The position numbers were made by a program, and so were the translations under genes. A stretch of 63,939 nucleotides of DNA, counting the filler, from Thelocarpon superellum (taxonomy: Eukaryota): assembly GCA_026025795.1 (NCBI GenBank). It is 3 parts of 3 records of this genome, joined end to end, with 100 filler letters (N's around TTAATTAATTAA, not from the genome) between each part and the next. Parts side by side here need not be neighbours in the genome. Positions count along the whole stretch, not along the records: positions 22,947 to 45,729 come from JAPEUG010000290.1; 2 more parts are not named here. One strand, given 5' to 3'. A model generated the notes under the pieces. The model saw only the letters and a program-made list of their open reading frames with translations, did not search any database and was not told the DNA's origin. This document shows, one piece after another, positions 25,883 to 38,157 of the stretch; the first letter of the stretch is position 1, and each line of letters opens with the position of its first letter.

Positions 25883-26925
25883 TCATAGACGCTCCGCCCA
25901 TGCACGCTGCAACCATTCTCCGAACCGGACCGGCATGAAATCCACCAAGGTGTTGAGCACCGGATCGGTGAAATCATATCGGTGCTCGGCCGTCGCGATG
26001 AGATTCTGTACCCGGAGCACGCCAGCCCAGTCGTCCGAGGCCGTCGCAAGGGCAAGAGCGTCTTGGAGCGTGACGGGGTCGTGGAAGAACTTTTCGAATT
26101 CGCGACCTACGCAGCGTTTTAGGGATTGCATGCGGACCAGGGTGGGGCAGAAAGTTGCCGGGGACGGGTACCTCGGAGGAGTTCAGCCTGACGCACCACT
26201 TCCCATGGGGTCAGTCGATCGCCTTGCATCCACAGCTCCGGCGACCATTGGGATAGGTCGAGAGCTTTGACGACAAAGCGCGCGACATCCTGGGCCGACG
26301 TCATGCCCACATACACTGGTTGATTGGTGAGGCCTTGGTGGGGGATCTGGGCCCGCGCCAGACGAATGTTCATCAAAAAGTCCCCTTCGCGACTGATACC
26401 CGAACCGAGACCGAGCCCGAGCGCAGCCATGCCCCCCGGGGCGAACCGCTCGTAGAAGACCCCGCACGCGAACACGGTCGACTCGATTTGGCCGGCGTAG
26501 AATTGGAGCCGGTCGAGGGCCGCCTGCTGGCCACGGTCTAGCCGGTTGTCGAGGGGCCGGAGATGCGGCGGCCCCTCAAACTCAGCCGGCGCAAAGCGGC
26601 GCACCCCCGTATTGACGGCGGCGTCGATCAACCGCAGCTGCGGGTCGCCCGAGACTGTGGACACGACGGTATCTACCCCTTGCAAGGCGTACCTCAACTG
26701 TACCTCGTCGGCGTAATTGACGACGAGCACTTGGAATCCTCGAGACTCGAGGCTCGGCTTGGGCTGAATGACCCACCATCAACATGCACGCCCGACAGTG
26801 ACGACGTCGAAGGAAGCACTTACCGTGCGCGATAACAGGATGAATTGATGCGACGTTTCCTCCGATAGGCACTGGGCGATGAGCTGTGCCAGCCCGCCCG
26901 TCCCGGCGATGGCGACCTTGATCAT
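25883..26925 (-). CDS. NmrA-like / isoflavone reductase-family NAD(P)-binding protein, 3 exons
   Basis: Rossmann start MIKVAIAGTGGLAQLIA, then LQGVDTVVSTV...QLRLIDAAVNTGVRRFAPAEF. Introns lie near 26823-26768 and 26170-26112. Confidence 0.87.
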
Positions 26926-29112
26926 CCTGGAGTCTGGTTCGAGACGTAGGGGCAGCAGGAGCATGAGGCGAAGAGGGCAACGCACCAGAGATTGGCACGT
27001 TGAGAGTCATGGAGTGACTCAGGATGCCGATGGCTCGGCCTTTTGTAGGAGACGGCCAGCGATGCGCACCGCGACGGAGACTGGGCGTGGAGAGAGGAAG
27101 CAGAGGGCTCAGGCTGGACTAACGTCGCCATGTAGTCACGGAAGACGACTGGGACGAGCTGGATCTGAGTTGCGCAACGGCGGAAGCTAACACGAGGGTG
27201 GGCATGAAACATTGCACCGCCAGCTTCAGACTGTGAAGCGCACCGGGGATGGACGGCCTGCAGATGTGAGGTTGATCAGAACCGCCCGTCATTGGAGAGC
27301 CAGGCTGTCGGGCCCTCACGCTCGGTTTGCTGGCCGGGACCGTGGCTGGTGGGGATGGCACTAACTCATCGATTGGCGCGGCGGTTGGCCTTCAGTGCAG
27401 GCCATGGCGGGAGATGGGGGCACCATCACGAAAGAAGGGCAGCCCAGGTGTTGGTCTTGCTCTCGCAGAGGGCAGAACAAGCACGCCTAACAGAGCTCTG
27501 GACTTGGAGATTCCGTAGCTGACGCGAACCGCCGCTCCGTCCACCTTTGCGGCGTTGGGCGATGGTGACGGGCCCCGGGACTAGATTTTCCGAAACGCAT
27601 GGGCCACAGCCACCCACCAAACGCTCCGTCATTCCACCCGGCCTGGTCGGGCCCAGCTCGAGCGATGGGTTGTCTACGGCCGGAGTGACGCATGAATTAC
27701 CGTGTCTTCGTCGCCGACGCCACCACTCCATCGCCTCCATGATCTGGACAGCGATCATGCATCTGCCAGGGCATCGACCCCATTGGCCCCCCCCACCCTG
27801 GTGCGGGCGGAAAATGTGATGGCCGATCGATGGCGTAGCGGCGAGCGAAGGGACGTCGACAACGGGGCTTGACGCTCACAGGGCAAGTGTATGCCGCTTT
27901 GGCGAACCACTTGCGCCGTCTGCGGCCGCGAGAGCGCCACGCTACCGACCTTAGCGAAACCCAGCGGAGGCCGAGTAGCGACACGCAGCCCTACGACGAG
28001 CGGGGGCTCGGTCGACATCGGCAACTCTGAGCAATTGAACGGCCCAGGAATTGAAATGTTCAAGCCACCCGAAGGCAAGAGGAAAGCCTGGGGTGCCCTT
28101 GACGCAGGTGCACCAGGAACGAATTGCAGCAGTGGGAGGGTCTTGCGCACCAAGCTGCTGCATGGGGCATGGGGCATGCAGCATGCTGGTGCCGTAACGG
28201 GGCAAGTCGGACCAAGGAAACCCTGTTCAGCTGAATGACATCTGCACCACGCTTTGCAGCAAGTGAACTCGTGCCGAGCAGCTAGGACGCCCTGGGTCCA
28301 TCGGCTTTAGTTGGTTGTCGGCCGGCAATCTCCACAACGGCCGCGCGTGCCCATCCTTCAGCCCTACGCCGACGGTTGTTCCGAGTACGGTGGCTATGGG
28401 GTACCACGGGGCTTGGTGGGGGTCATGAAACAGGCAGCGGCTGGGTTCCAGAAGATGACGAAAATGTCGAGGTCGCTTAAGAATTCCACCACCAGCGCCA
28501 GCTCAACATGAGGATGCGTCATGTTGGTGATGTGCGTCCCACAAGAGCGAGCTAGGGGCCCTGTTGCGGTATTTGCGGGGCTCCTACGATGTTAGCTTTG
28601 TTCGGAATCTGTCGAAATCCAGGTTGCCCGTGACGTCTATGATGTGGGTTGATCCATCAGCTGCCCATGTGGCCGTGATTAGTGGCGCTTGATCATGAAA
28701 GGACCTCTCTAACACCACCGCGCTTGGATCCAACCAACGGCGCAATTGGTGGGTGTTTTCAGTTCACTAAGAGTTGAGGCCACCATTCGGTCGCGGGCGG
28801 GATTCTTGAGCGGTGTTGCAAGCTCCGTCGCGTGGCTCGACGGCGACTCCGGAGGGTGGGTGGAAGGGTTGGGCTGGCGCGCCCACGACATGGCGCCAAC
28901 GGTAGCACCGTTTAAACCTGAAAACTGGGCCAACAGCGCGGGCCTGCTATCGTGCGCCGTACCCGCACTTAGACTTTTGGCCCGAGTCCCAGTGCGGTGA
29001 TGGGTAACACGACTGGAGCTGGGCTGGAGAAAGTCGAGTGTCGTCGTCGTTGGTGGCACGTGGGGGCCAAAACTAGACGCAGCGCGATGTAGATCGGTTG
29101 GTCCCATCGAGT

Positions 29113-29166
29113 CACGTGATTACGTGACAAACGCGACGCGGTTGACGAAACGCCGGTTAGACGCGT
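29113..29166. promoter_or_regulatory. Putative cis-element cluster: TCACGTGA (E-box/Cbf1 type) and ACGCGA/ACGCGT (MCB-like)
   Basis: gTCACGTGAttacgtgacaaACGCGACGCGgttgacgaaacgccggttagACGCGT, about 700 nt upstream of the homeobox ATG. Function is inferred only. Confidence 0.35.
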
Positions 29167-29840
29167 GCGGCAAATCTGTGCGCGCCGGGGTCTTGTCCGC
29201 CTCCGTAGAGGGTCGAGAGGAGGCACCTCCACCGGGTTTGCTGCCACATGCGGGCCGCGACGCGGATCATGTATCCGTACAGTCTCGTCGGAGGACGCTC
29301 TGGTCAGGGACGTAATATCAACTCCTATCGCTTCCAGGTCTAAACAACCCCAGCATTCACCGCTTTGGCTCATTCTACGCCCTCACTATCGCCTCTGGCC
29401 GACACCCGTGAAACGGGAGTGTTCGAGGCGTGCCCGACAGGCTTCCGCGTTGTTATGTCTGGATGGCGACAAAGAGCGGCAGGCGAACGAGACCTCGGAG
29501 AGCGCGCGGGCGTGTCTCACATCAATTCGGATGGTCTCTCGTCTGGAGGGACGAGTAACCGAGTGGGAAGCGCGTAGCAGGCGAGATGCCGCCGCGTGCA
29601 TGTAATCAAATATCCTCTTGCAGTATAGTGCACGCTCTCAAGGACCGAGCCGTCCTCCTAGCTGGGATGGATGCTGGATAGACGCCACGAACCCTAGCTC
29701 TCTGCATCTGTTCCTCGCACGTCGCGCACGCGCGCTCGTGTACCTGCTTCCATACATCAAGCTCCTTCTCGCGGCATTGGGCACGATCGAAGTGCATCAG
29801 CTCTGTCCGTTGTGTGGTGTGTGGCTTACCCTTTCCCACG

Positions 29841-31692
29841 ATGGACATGGACCATGCCGCCGTGCCCGCGCCGGGGCCGGTTTTCCGACCTCAGGCAAGA
29901 CCGGTCAAGCACGCCAGCTACGCCTTCCTGGTTCACTCGCAGGAGACGCTGCCTAGAAATCTACCACCCAACGTGGACAATAAGCCTCTGGCCCGCCAGA
30001 AACGACGAAGGACTAGGTAAGCCCTCCACGGGCACAATGCGCGTTTACATCTCCGCGTGGCGTGTCTCCCGAGTCGATCAGCTTCCTACAGGTCCAAGGC
30101 GATTGCTGACGCGTATTGGTATTCGTCTAGCCCCGAGGACCAAGTGATCTTGGAAGAAGAGTACCAGCGGAATGCGAAGCCCGACAAGAGCGCGCGAATG
30201 CACATCGTCCAGCGCGTCGCCTTAGGGGAGAAAGAAGTACAGGTCAGGAGTGCTCCTCGCAAAGCGGTCACGTCTCGCACGTCTGACCTGGGGGCCCGCA
30301 TAGATCTGGTTCCAAAACCGTCGACAAAACACCCGACGGAAATCTAAGCCATTGGAGGCTCATGAGCTTGCCCCGATACGATCGTCAGAGCCCTCATCGA
30401 GCGATGGCAACCCTCATCCATCCCGCACTCATATCGACGCGCAGGAGGGCTCAGTCTCGGAGACGGCATCGTCTACCCAAGGAAGTGCTTCTCACGACGC
30501 GTCATCGCGAGGCGCGACGACCACTCCATTAAGCTCGCAGTCTTCCGTTGCTCGGGATGTGACGGTCTCCCAGGACAATTCCCACGAGTCATCTCGTCGG
30601 GCCTCGTTTCCGCTCTCCCAAGCATCGCACGTATTGTCCTTGACCGACCGTGGAGGCACCCCAAGCCACTCATTACCGCACGTGCGGCACAGCCTGCCAG
30701 GGTACATTTCGAACCGCCGTAACGCCTCCACGTTGGGTCAGCATGAGTCGGTCGGCCACGATGGGCTGGTCGCCCATGCGCCTGCCCTTCTCAAACGGTC
30801 GTCGTCACTCATTCGGCTGTCCATGTCATTGGACGGGAAGGCGCAGGTGGTGACCGACGAAGAGGAAGCTCAGGCAGCGACCGCTGTGATCGGCTCGGGT
30901 CGCACTGGCGGGTTCCAGCGAAGCCAAAGTCTGGTGCACTCTGGTGAGGTGGTGGCGGTGGGCGCGGAGGGATCGTCGAGCCGGCGGCCGCCGAGCGGCC
31001 GTTCGCAGGACTCCCGTGCGTGGGAGTTCTACTGTGACAGCGACACTCGTAACTCCTTGTCGGCCAAAGCGGAAGAAGATCGAAAAGGGTCTGCCCTAGG
31101 CGCGATTGGTCTGCTCCGGTCGCAAAGCATCAACCCACTGGTGGCCAGCAAACACAAGTTTAACGCGCAACCTGCAGCGGAGTCTTCTGCGAAACGGACC
31201 AAGATTTCAGGAAGTCAGACGGCGAGGAAGAAGCTTACTCGGGCGTCATCCTCGTTTGCTCGCCTCCAGGGCAGCGAGAGCGAGCGACCCCAGAAGATTT
31301 CAACGAAGGTTTCAACGAAGGTCGCTCCGCTAAGCCAACCCTCGCCGTCGGGCGATTCCGACAAGGAGAACTGGGTGCCTGGAACACAGCAGCCTGAGGC
31401 ACGACGGCCAGAGCAGCCCACTTGTGCATTGAAATCGCGGGCACAGAAGGAAATCCTTAAGGAGAACCTGTCATTCGAGCGACACCGGGTTGAACGTGGC
31501 ACGGCGACAGGTCTAGTCGCCTCGGGTTCACCACCAGACGCTTCGACATGGTCCCCCAAAGTCGATCGAGGGGCCTCCGGTCGTGCCGGCGGCTTTGCTA
31601 TCTGCGAGGATGTCTCGCTCGCTGCGCGAGGCGGCGAGGACCTTGATTGCGTCCAGAATCTCTTGTCGTTGAGTCAGGGAAATTGGCGATGA
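29841..31692 (+). CDS. Homeodomain transcription factor, Yox1/Yhp1-like, 3 exons (introns 30017-30130, 30243-30303)
   Basis: Spliced homeodomain LARQKRRRTSPEDQVILEEEYQRNAKPDKSARMHIVQRVALGEKEVQIWFQNRRQNTRRK; C-terminal DLDCVQNLLSLSQGNWR. Confidence 0.9.
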
Positions 31693-32552
31693 TTCGGACC
31701 CTGCATCGCGTGGCATACAAGTTCCTTTCGAATCTATGACGAGGTTGGATGTGGCAGCCAGGCAGGCAGTAGATGGATTGGATGGGACGAGACAGGGAGA
31801 AGGGTTGGGAAAGGTGACGGAGGGGGCCGGCGGGTGTGAAGCCTGGACGTGACTGAGGGGGCGATTGTCAAAATGACGCTGTACGATAGCTGTGAGGGGG
31901 TCCGTGCGGGTCTGCAGACTCAAGTGACCGATAGTGTTGTCCTGTACTAGGAAAAGGTCTCTTCCTATCCGTTCATTGGTAACGTCAATGTCTCCAGGGA
32001 CGGGACGTTGGTGGGGGACTCAAAGAGGGTCTAAGTAAATCGCACTCAGCCAGCGCATCTTAAGTCCGATCATGCGAACTGGCGGGCTTTTGGTCGCGCA
32101 CCCAATCCTCTCGTGTTTCCTCCCTAGACCGAACGACAACTGCATCTTTCGCTGAGCTGTGGCCCTGACAGCTTGGCTTCCTGTGCTTTCGATCGTTGGT
32201 TGGATTCCCAGTAGAATCTCTGGACCGTGTCGTACTAAGCCACCATCATCATGGTGGTGGTGGTGCTCGTCAAGCCAAGCTATGTCACCATGTGGTAGGA
32301 CCTCCACCGCATCCTGACCCGGGCCGTGTTCCCGAATCCTCCTCATCGGTCTTCCCATCAGCTTTGGTCCGCGGTATTGCAACGTTGACCCGGGCTTGGG
32401 CTCTGGAATTAGTGTTAGTCTTCTACCCCCCTCCTAGGCGGGCGCCCCAGGCCATAACTTGAATACGATCCTGATGTTGAGATACGTCCAGTCCCGCGGT
32501 TGAGACGGACAATCCCCCCAGTGTCTCTCAAAGCCTTGTAACGGAAGCCGTC

Positions 32553-34383
32553 ATGCTTCGTCGACTCACCCATGACTCTGTTCCGCACGTGTGCGTCATC
32601 GGCGCCGGGATGGCAGGCCTGAGGTGTGCCAGTGTCTTGTTACAACGGGGATTTCGAGTAACGATCGTTGAGGGGCGTGACCGGATCGGAGGACGGGTAA
32701 GCTACCTGCTCCCCAGATAGGTCTAAAGAACCTTCAGCATTTTGATCATACCCTAGATCCACCAAGTCACACACGGCAACCGCCAAGTGGACCTGGGCCC
32801 GAATTGGATTCATGGCACTGGCAACAATCCCATTCTCAACCTTGCCAAGGAGCTTGGGACGAGCCTACACTCTTGGGAGGACGACCAGACCCTGTTTACA
32901 GAGCAGGGAGAGCTCCTGGACCGTGCCGAAGCGGCGAAACTGTCGACAATCTTTTGGCGTATGGTGGCCGCCGCGTTTGAGTACAGCAAAGACAACGTGG
33001 AAGCAATCAGTCCTGACGATAATTTGTTGGAATACTTTACATCGAAGTTAGAAGGCCAGTATCGGAGTCAAAATCTCCGAAACCCATCCCGTGAGACCGC
33101 CGGAGCTTCAGACTCACCGAGCTCGACCACCGCGCAAGATGTGGCGAACAGGGTCGACCTCCGCCCAGAACAACCAGAAAGCCCGCAGCCGGAAAGTCTT
33201 GATCGTGAAATCGAGCACTTGTCGAATCGGCAGAAACAGCGAATCTTGTGGCTGGCAGAGATCTGGGGCTCTTTCATTGGGGATTCGGTGTCTCGACAGA
33301 GTCTGAAGTTCTTTTGGCTAGAAGAAAGCATCGACGGGGGTGAGTACAACCGTCTGGTTATATGGACAATGACTGAGGATTGATCCAGACAACCTCTTCG
33401 TTGCCAGCACGTATCGAGCGATCCTGGACCATGTAGCGGAGCAGCCCCTGAGCAAAGCAGAAATGCACTTCTCCAAACGCGCGACGTCGATCGAGACGAT
33501 ATATGAGGACAGAGACAAGTCTAGCAGCGGCACGGCAGTCACGACGTCGGACGGGTCGACACAACGATACGACGAGGTGGTACTTACGGCACCATTAGGC
33601 TGGTTAAAACGCAATCACTCTGCCTTTATTCCCCCACTGCCGCACCGTCTCCGCCACGCAATCGAAGCCATCTCCTATGGCCGTCTCGAGAAAGTGTACA
33701 TGACCTTTCCGGCTGCGTTTTGGGAGGACGCCGACTCCAGTACCGGCAGCACCACTTCCACAGACAAGCCCCAAGCTTCCAGCGAGTCATCCACGTCTGG
33801 TCGTTCCCCCCCTCTCGGGTTCGCCCATTGGATGCATCCGACGTACGCGCACACGACGAATCCAGCAAGCTGGTCGCAACAAGCCGTCAGCCTATCGACG
33901 CTACCGGCGCCCCACAACCACGCAACGTTGCTCTTCTACACGCACGGCGCGTGTTCCACCCACCTCACCACTCTCCTCTCCAGCACGGACCCATCCACAC
34001 ACACCTCCCTCCTCTTTGACTTCTTCAAGCCCTACATCACTAGACTCCCTTACTACTCCGCCACCTCACCAACCTGCATCCCAATCGCCGTGACAGCCAC
34101 CTCGTGGGCCACGGACGAACTAGCGGGCAACGGGAGCTACTCCAATTTCCAGACGGGACTTACCGACGGCGACATCAGCATCGCCACGATGAGAGATGGG
34201 CTGCCGGACCGCCGCCTATGGCTAGCAGGTGAGCATACAGCGCCCATTGTGGCACTGGGTACGGTCACGGGCGCGTATTGGAGCGGCGAGACGGTAGCGG
34301 AGCGCGTCGCTGCCGTATACGGCATGGGTGCTAAAGAGACGCGGGGAGAGGAAGAGGAGACGAGTGTCGGACAGACAATTTGA
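32553..34383 (+). CDS. Flavin-containing amine oxidase (polyamine oxidase Fms1-like family), 3 exons (introns 32697-32756, 33340-33388)
   Basis: Motifs HVCVIGAGMAGLRCA...EGRDRIGGRI, DLGPNWIHG, VVLTAPLGWLK and WLAGEHTA...GTVTGAYWSG. Confidence 0.92.
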
Positions 34384-34829
34384 GAAGATGACACACCCAA
34401 GACCTCTCTTCGCTTCTGCGTTCTTTTCTTTTCTGCCTTTTCCTTGGATCTGATTCTGTGTCTCTTAGTCCGTCAGTCGATGAGTTGCCTTCTTTGTTGA
34501 ATGGATCATTCATTGGGCGCTGATTGCACAGGCAGAGATGGACGCAAACCACTAGACTAGACTCCTAGACCTTTGGTGGATCTTGGGAGAGCAGGAAAAG
34601 AAAAGGAAGGGCAGAGGGGGAGATGAAGGAGAACACATGGGCCGCATGGGGCAGAGGGGCGGGGTATTGCAGACGGGACAGCAAAGTGGAACGCAGGCGG
34701 CGTGCGTGGATGAGGCTTTTGTAGAAGTGGAATCGACCAGTCCCTTCCTCTCCCCTCTCCTCCTTTCCTCTTCTCTTTCATTGCCGCGCTCCTTACGTCT
34801 TCATCTCCTTCATGCCTCCTTTGTATCTC

Positions 34830-35986
34830 CTACGACGTCGTCTCCGGAGCCTTAAGTTCAGACTGAGTCGCAGGTTGCGCGACAGGCTCAGGTTGAGCGG
34901 TGGACTCAGCAACGGGCACGGGCCCGGGCGCGCTCTCGGGCGCAGGGTGGGGGGCGGAAGCAACCAGATACTTGGCGAACCAGGTCAGGGCTTGGTCTTC
35001 GGCCTGGGCGGCGTGTTCCGCTTCCTTTTCCTCGTTGGGGTTTCCTCGTGCGGCGAATCCTGCGTTACACGGAAAGATTAGTGGTTGCGTGCGTTATGGC
35101 GGAAGGAGGAACTCAGGAACTCATGAGCTGATACGTACCGTGTTTGGCTCCTTCGTAAGTCACGACTTCATAGGGAACGTCGGCCTTCTTGCTCAAGAGC
35201 GTCTGCACCTCATCGACCACTTTCATGTTCATCACCATGTCTTTGGTGCCGACGGCGATGCTGGTGGGCACGCGGATGTTGTTGATGTCAGCCGGCACGT
35301 CGAGACCGCTGGGGTGGGCGGTAAAGACGGCGTCGACCAGGGGCTTTCCCATCTCGTTGTCGTTGTGCGCGGCCAGGATGGCATGCTTGCCTCCCCAGCA
35401 GTATCCCACCATGCCGATGGGGAGGGTCTCGGTCTTGCGGAGCGCGGCGACGAACGCCTTGACGCGAGGACCGCACACCGACACCCGGTTGCGGTAGAGA
35501 AAGGGGAGGAAGCCGCTCAGGATCTGGATCAGGATCATCCTGGATGCTCGCGGTCAGCAAGGTGGGCCGTGTCGTGGTCGCAACGACACATACGGTTTCA
35601 TCAGCGTCCCGAGAAAGTTGGGCGCGGGCGTCATCAGCTGGGACATCTGCAGCAGGACCTTCTCGTCCATGCCCGGTCCTGGGAACATGCACCGAATCAG
35701 TGACGTTGTCCGGGTCCACCATCGGGTCTGCATCCGTACCGTTGAAGACATCGGGCACGTAGACGAGGTAGCCGCCCTTGGCCGCGAAGGTGTCGGCAAC
35801 GACACGCATGTTGGGAAATTTCCAGCCAAAGCCGTCAGGGATGAGGACGATCAGCGCCTTGGCCGCTTGGCCCGACGGTGGCTTGCTGACGTAGGCATCA
35901 TAGCCATGGAGGGAGGTTTCGATGCCGACGGGCGTGCCGGAGTGCTTGAAGCCAGACACACAGTCTTTGCACGCTGGCGCGGACAT
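34830..35986 (-). CDS. Dienelactone hydrolase-family alpha/beta hydrolase, 4 exons
   Basis: Motifs MSAPACKDCVSGFKHSGTPVG, IPDGFGW...ADTFA...VYVPD, the nucleophile elbow GMVGYCWGG, and YEGAKHGFAARG. Confidence 0.9.
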
Positions 35987-36690
35987 GATGGCTGCGGTGG
36001 GTGGGCAGCACCAATGACGGACGAAGGGAGAGCAAGGGATGTCACGGTGCGGGCACGAAGAGCAATCAGGATGAGAGAGGGCAGGGACAACGAAGCTTGC
36101 CGGGAGCACGTCGCAGCGTTGCTTGACCAGCCAAAGAGGAGGAAGTACGAGAATAGGAGGTGGAAATTGCAAGAGAGGAGGGATTGAGGTAATGGTTAGA
36201 ATCGCGGTATCACCGGCCGGATGACGGCGTGGGGCACGCCACCTTTCGCGTCTGGTTCCAGGAGCTGGTGCTACGAAAGGGAGCTTGGCGAGAGCTCGGG
36301 GGCCAATCATGCGGGACCATTCCGAGTCATTGGTGCGTTGACCTCTTAGTCTACGGCAAGCTGCATGGCGTCGGCCTTTGGAGCTGCCCCGGCTACCGAA
36401 ACTCCGTTTCCCGACCCTCTATGCCGTGACTAAGAGGCGTGTGCTAAGCTTGACATTATGTGCAAGTGCGCAGTCCATCGGGGCCGCTCCAGCCTACGCG
36501 AACTCAAACCCACAACTATCTCCACGCGAGAGGTGACATGGTCGGCACTCGCTAGCGACCTAATGCAGGGACGGAAAGCGTAATGATCAACACCCAGCAC
36601 CGTGTCGTCGAAGCGTTCATGGCCGTTTCATGCTCGGAATCAGCGACTAGCTAGCGACAAGGATCTTGAGGTACGGATGAGCGAAATCGA

Positions 36691-37755
36691 TTAAAATCCA
36701 TCGAGTTGACCATTGGCTTTCTCGTCAGCCAGGCGCAGGTCGTTCGCTCTGTGCCACCAGTGGTGGGTCTCCTCTTGCGACTCCGCCCGATCCTCCGCCC
36801 ACGGCTTGGGCGCGAGGATGTAGTGGATGTTCTTGATCTCATCATCCCTCCAGATCTGGTGGTGCACGTCTTGCCATCGCAGCGTCTTCAAGGCGTTGTA
36901 GGTATACGGCAGCGACACCCAGCGATTTTTGAATAGGTCCGAGAGGAGCGACTGGTCCGCGAACTCGTACTTTTCGATCGCTTCGGGCTTGTTGAGTTGC
37001 TCCAGGATGAGATCGTACACCTCGCTGCTGGGATTCACCACCTGGAGGCCACCGTTCATGATGCCTAACCCGGCCGCGATGGACGGCCCCTCCTTTTGCG
37101 CTCGGTCCGGGTCGTCGTGCTGCGAGGTGAAGGCACAGTTCGCAGGTGTCCTGTGCGGCCGTTAGCAATGCTCCAGGTTGCGTGGGCCTTCTCGACAAGG
37201 CCATACCAGTCTTCGGGGTAATGTGGCTTCTTCAGCGGGTTGCAGAGACAGGCGTGGCCCGCGGCAAAGACACGATCTCCTGTGCCACGCATGCTCGGCG
37301 GATCAAGATGAAGCTCCATCAACTCATCCATGTTGTCCATGACCAGCATGTCGCTGTCGAGCTGCACCACCCGGTCATATTGCGTCAGGGAGAAGGGGGT
37401 GAGTTTACTCCAGCAGTCGTAGAAGCGCGGATCGTTGCTGAAGTCCTTGGACACGGACGGCAACAGATACTTGACGTGTTGCTTGGGAATCCCGCGCCGG
37501 TCGAGGGCCCGGTGACCCTCGGCCGGAAAGGTGTCGGTGTACAGGGCGACGAGGGGGTATTGGGAGTCAAAGGCTTTTAGAGAGTGGTCGAGAGTCAACA
37601 GCCCCGGAAGGTAGTCAATGTTCGTGATGAGCGTGGTCCACACTACGCGACGTTCAGCAACGCTGACAGGAGGCGTGGGTTACCGGCGTGGCCTTACCCC
37701 GACGGGACCCAGACTGAGGCACAGCATCGCACGCATCACCCGCGCTATCCGCCAT
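36691..37755 (-). CDS. Glycosyltransferase family 8 protein, 3 exons
   Basis: Motifs VWTTLITNIDYLPGLLTL, WSKL...YDRVVQLDSDML (DxD), MNGGLQVVNP, FADQSLL, YNAL and HYILAPKPW. Confidence 0.92.
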
Positions 37756-38157
37756 GATAGTTCTGCACCAGCTCTATCCGTAGGAGATCTGAGGAGAAGT
37801 AGAAAGATATCGGCCGGCCATCGATTACCACGAGGGGGTATTAAGCCCCACCATGGCGAACCGGAGATCTTCGTGACTTGATCTTGGTAATCCTTGCACG
37901 CGAGAACCACACTAATGCGAGTAGAGCGATCCTAGACGAGCTAGCGCCACACACGAGTCCACTCGTCATCACATACGATCCATCAGAGTTACGACGGAGC
38001 GAAGACTGGCGGGTGCACTGGCTGCAACTCCTGTGGCATTGTTCGCGCCGACCCATTCTCCGTCGATCGGCAGTTTGACGTGCTCCTCCTTATGTCTGTC
38101 GTAGAAATTTACGTCTCGCGACTCATAGCTCGCACGACCTTGATCCCGACGATTTAA

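Noticed and set aside
37865..37905. gacttgatcttggtaatcc resembling the 3' half of a TPP riboswitch
   Set aside because: The P5 stem cannot pair (no CCAG/CCAAG partner), there is no properly placed CTGAGA element, and the neighbouring genes are not thiamine-related.
37971..38090. acatacgatccat resembling the start of fungal 5S rRNA
   Set aside because: Similarity ends after about 12 nt; there are no internal control boxes or 5S stems.
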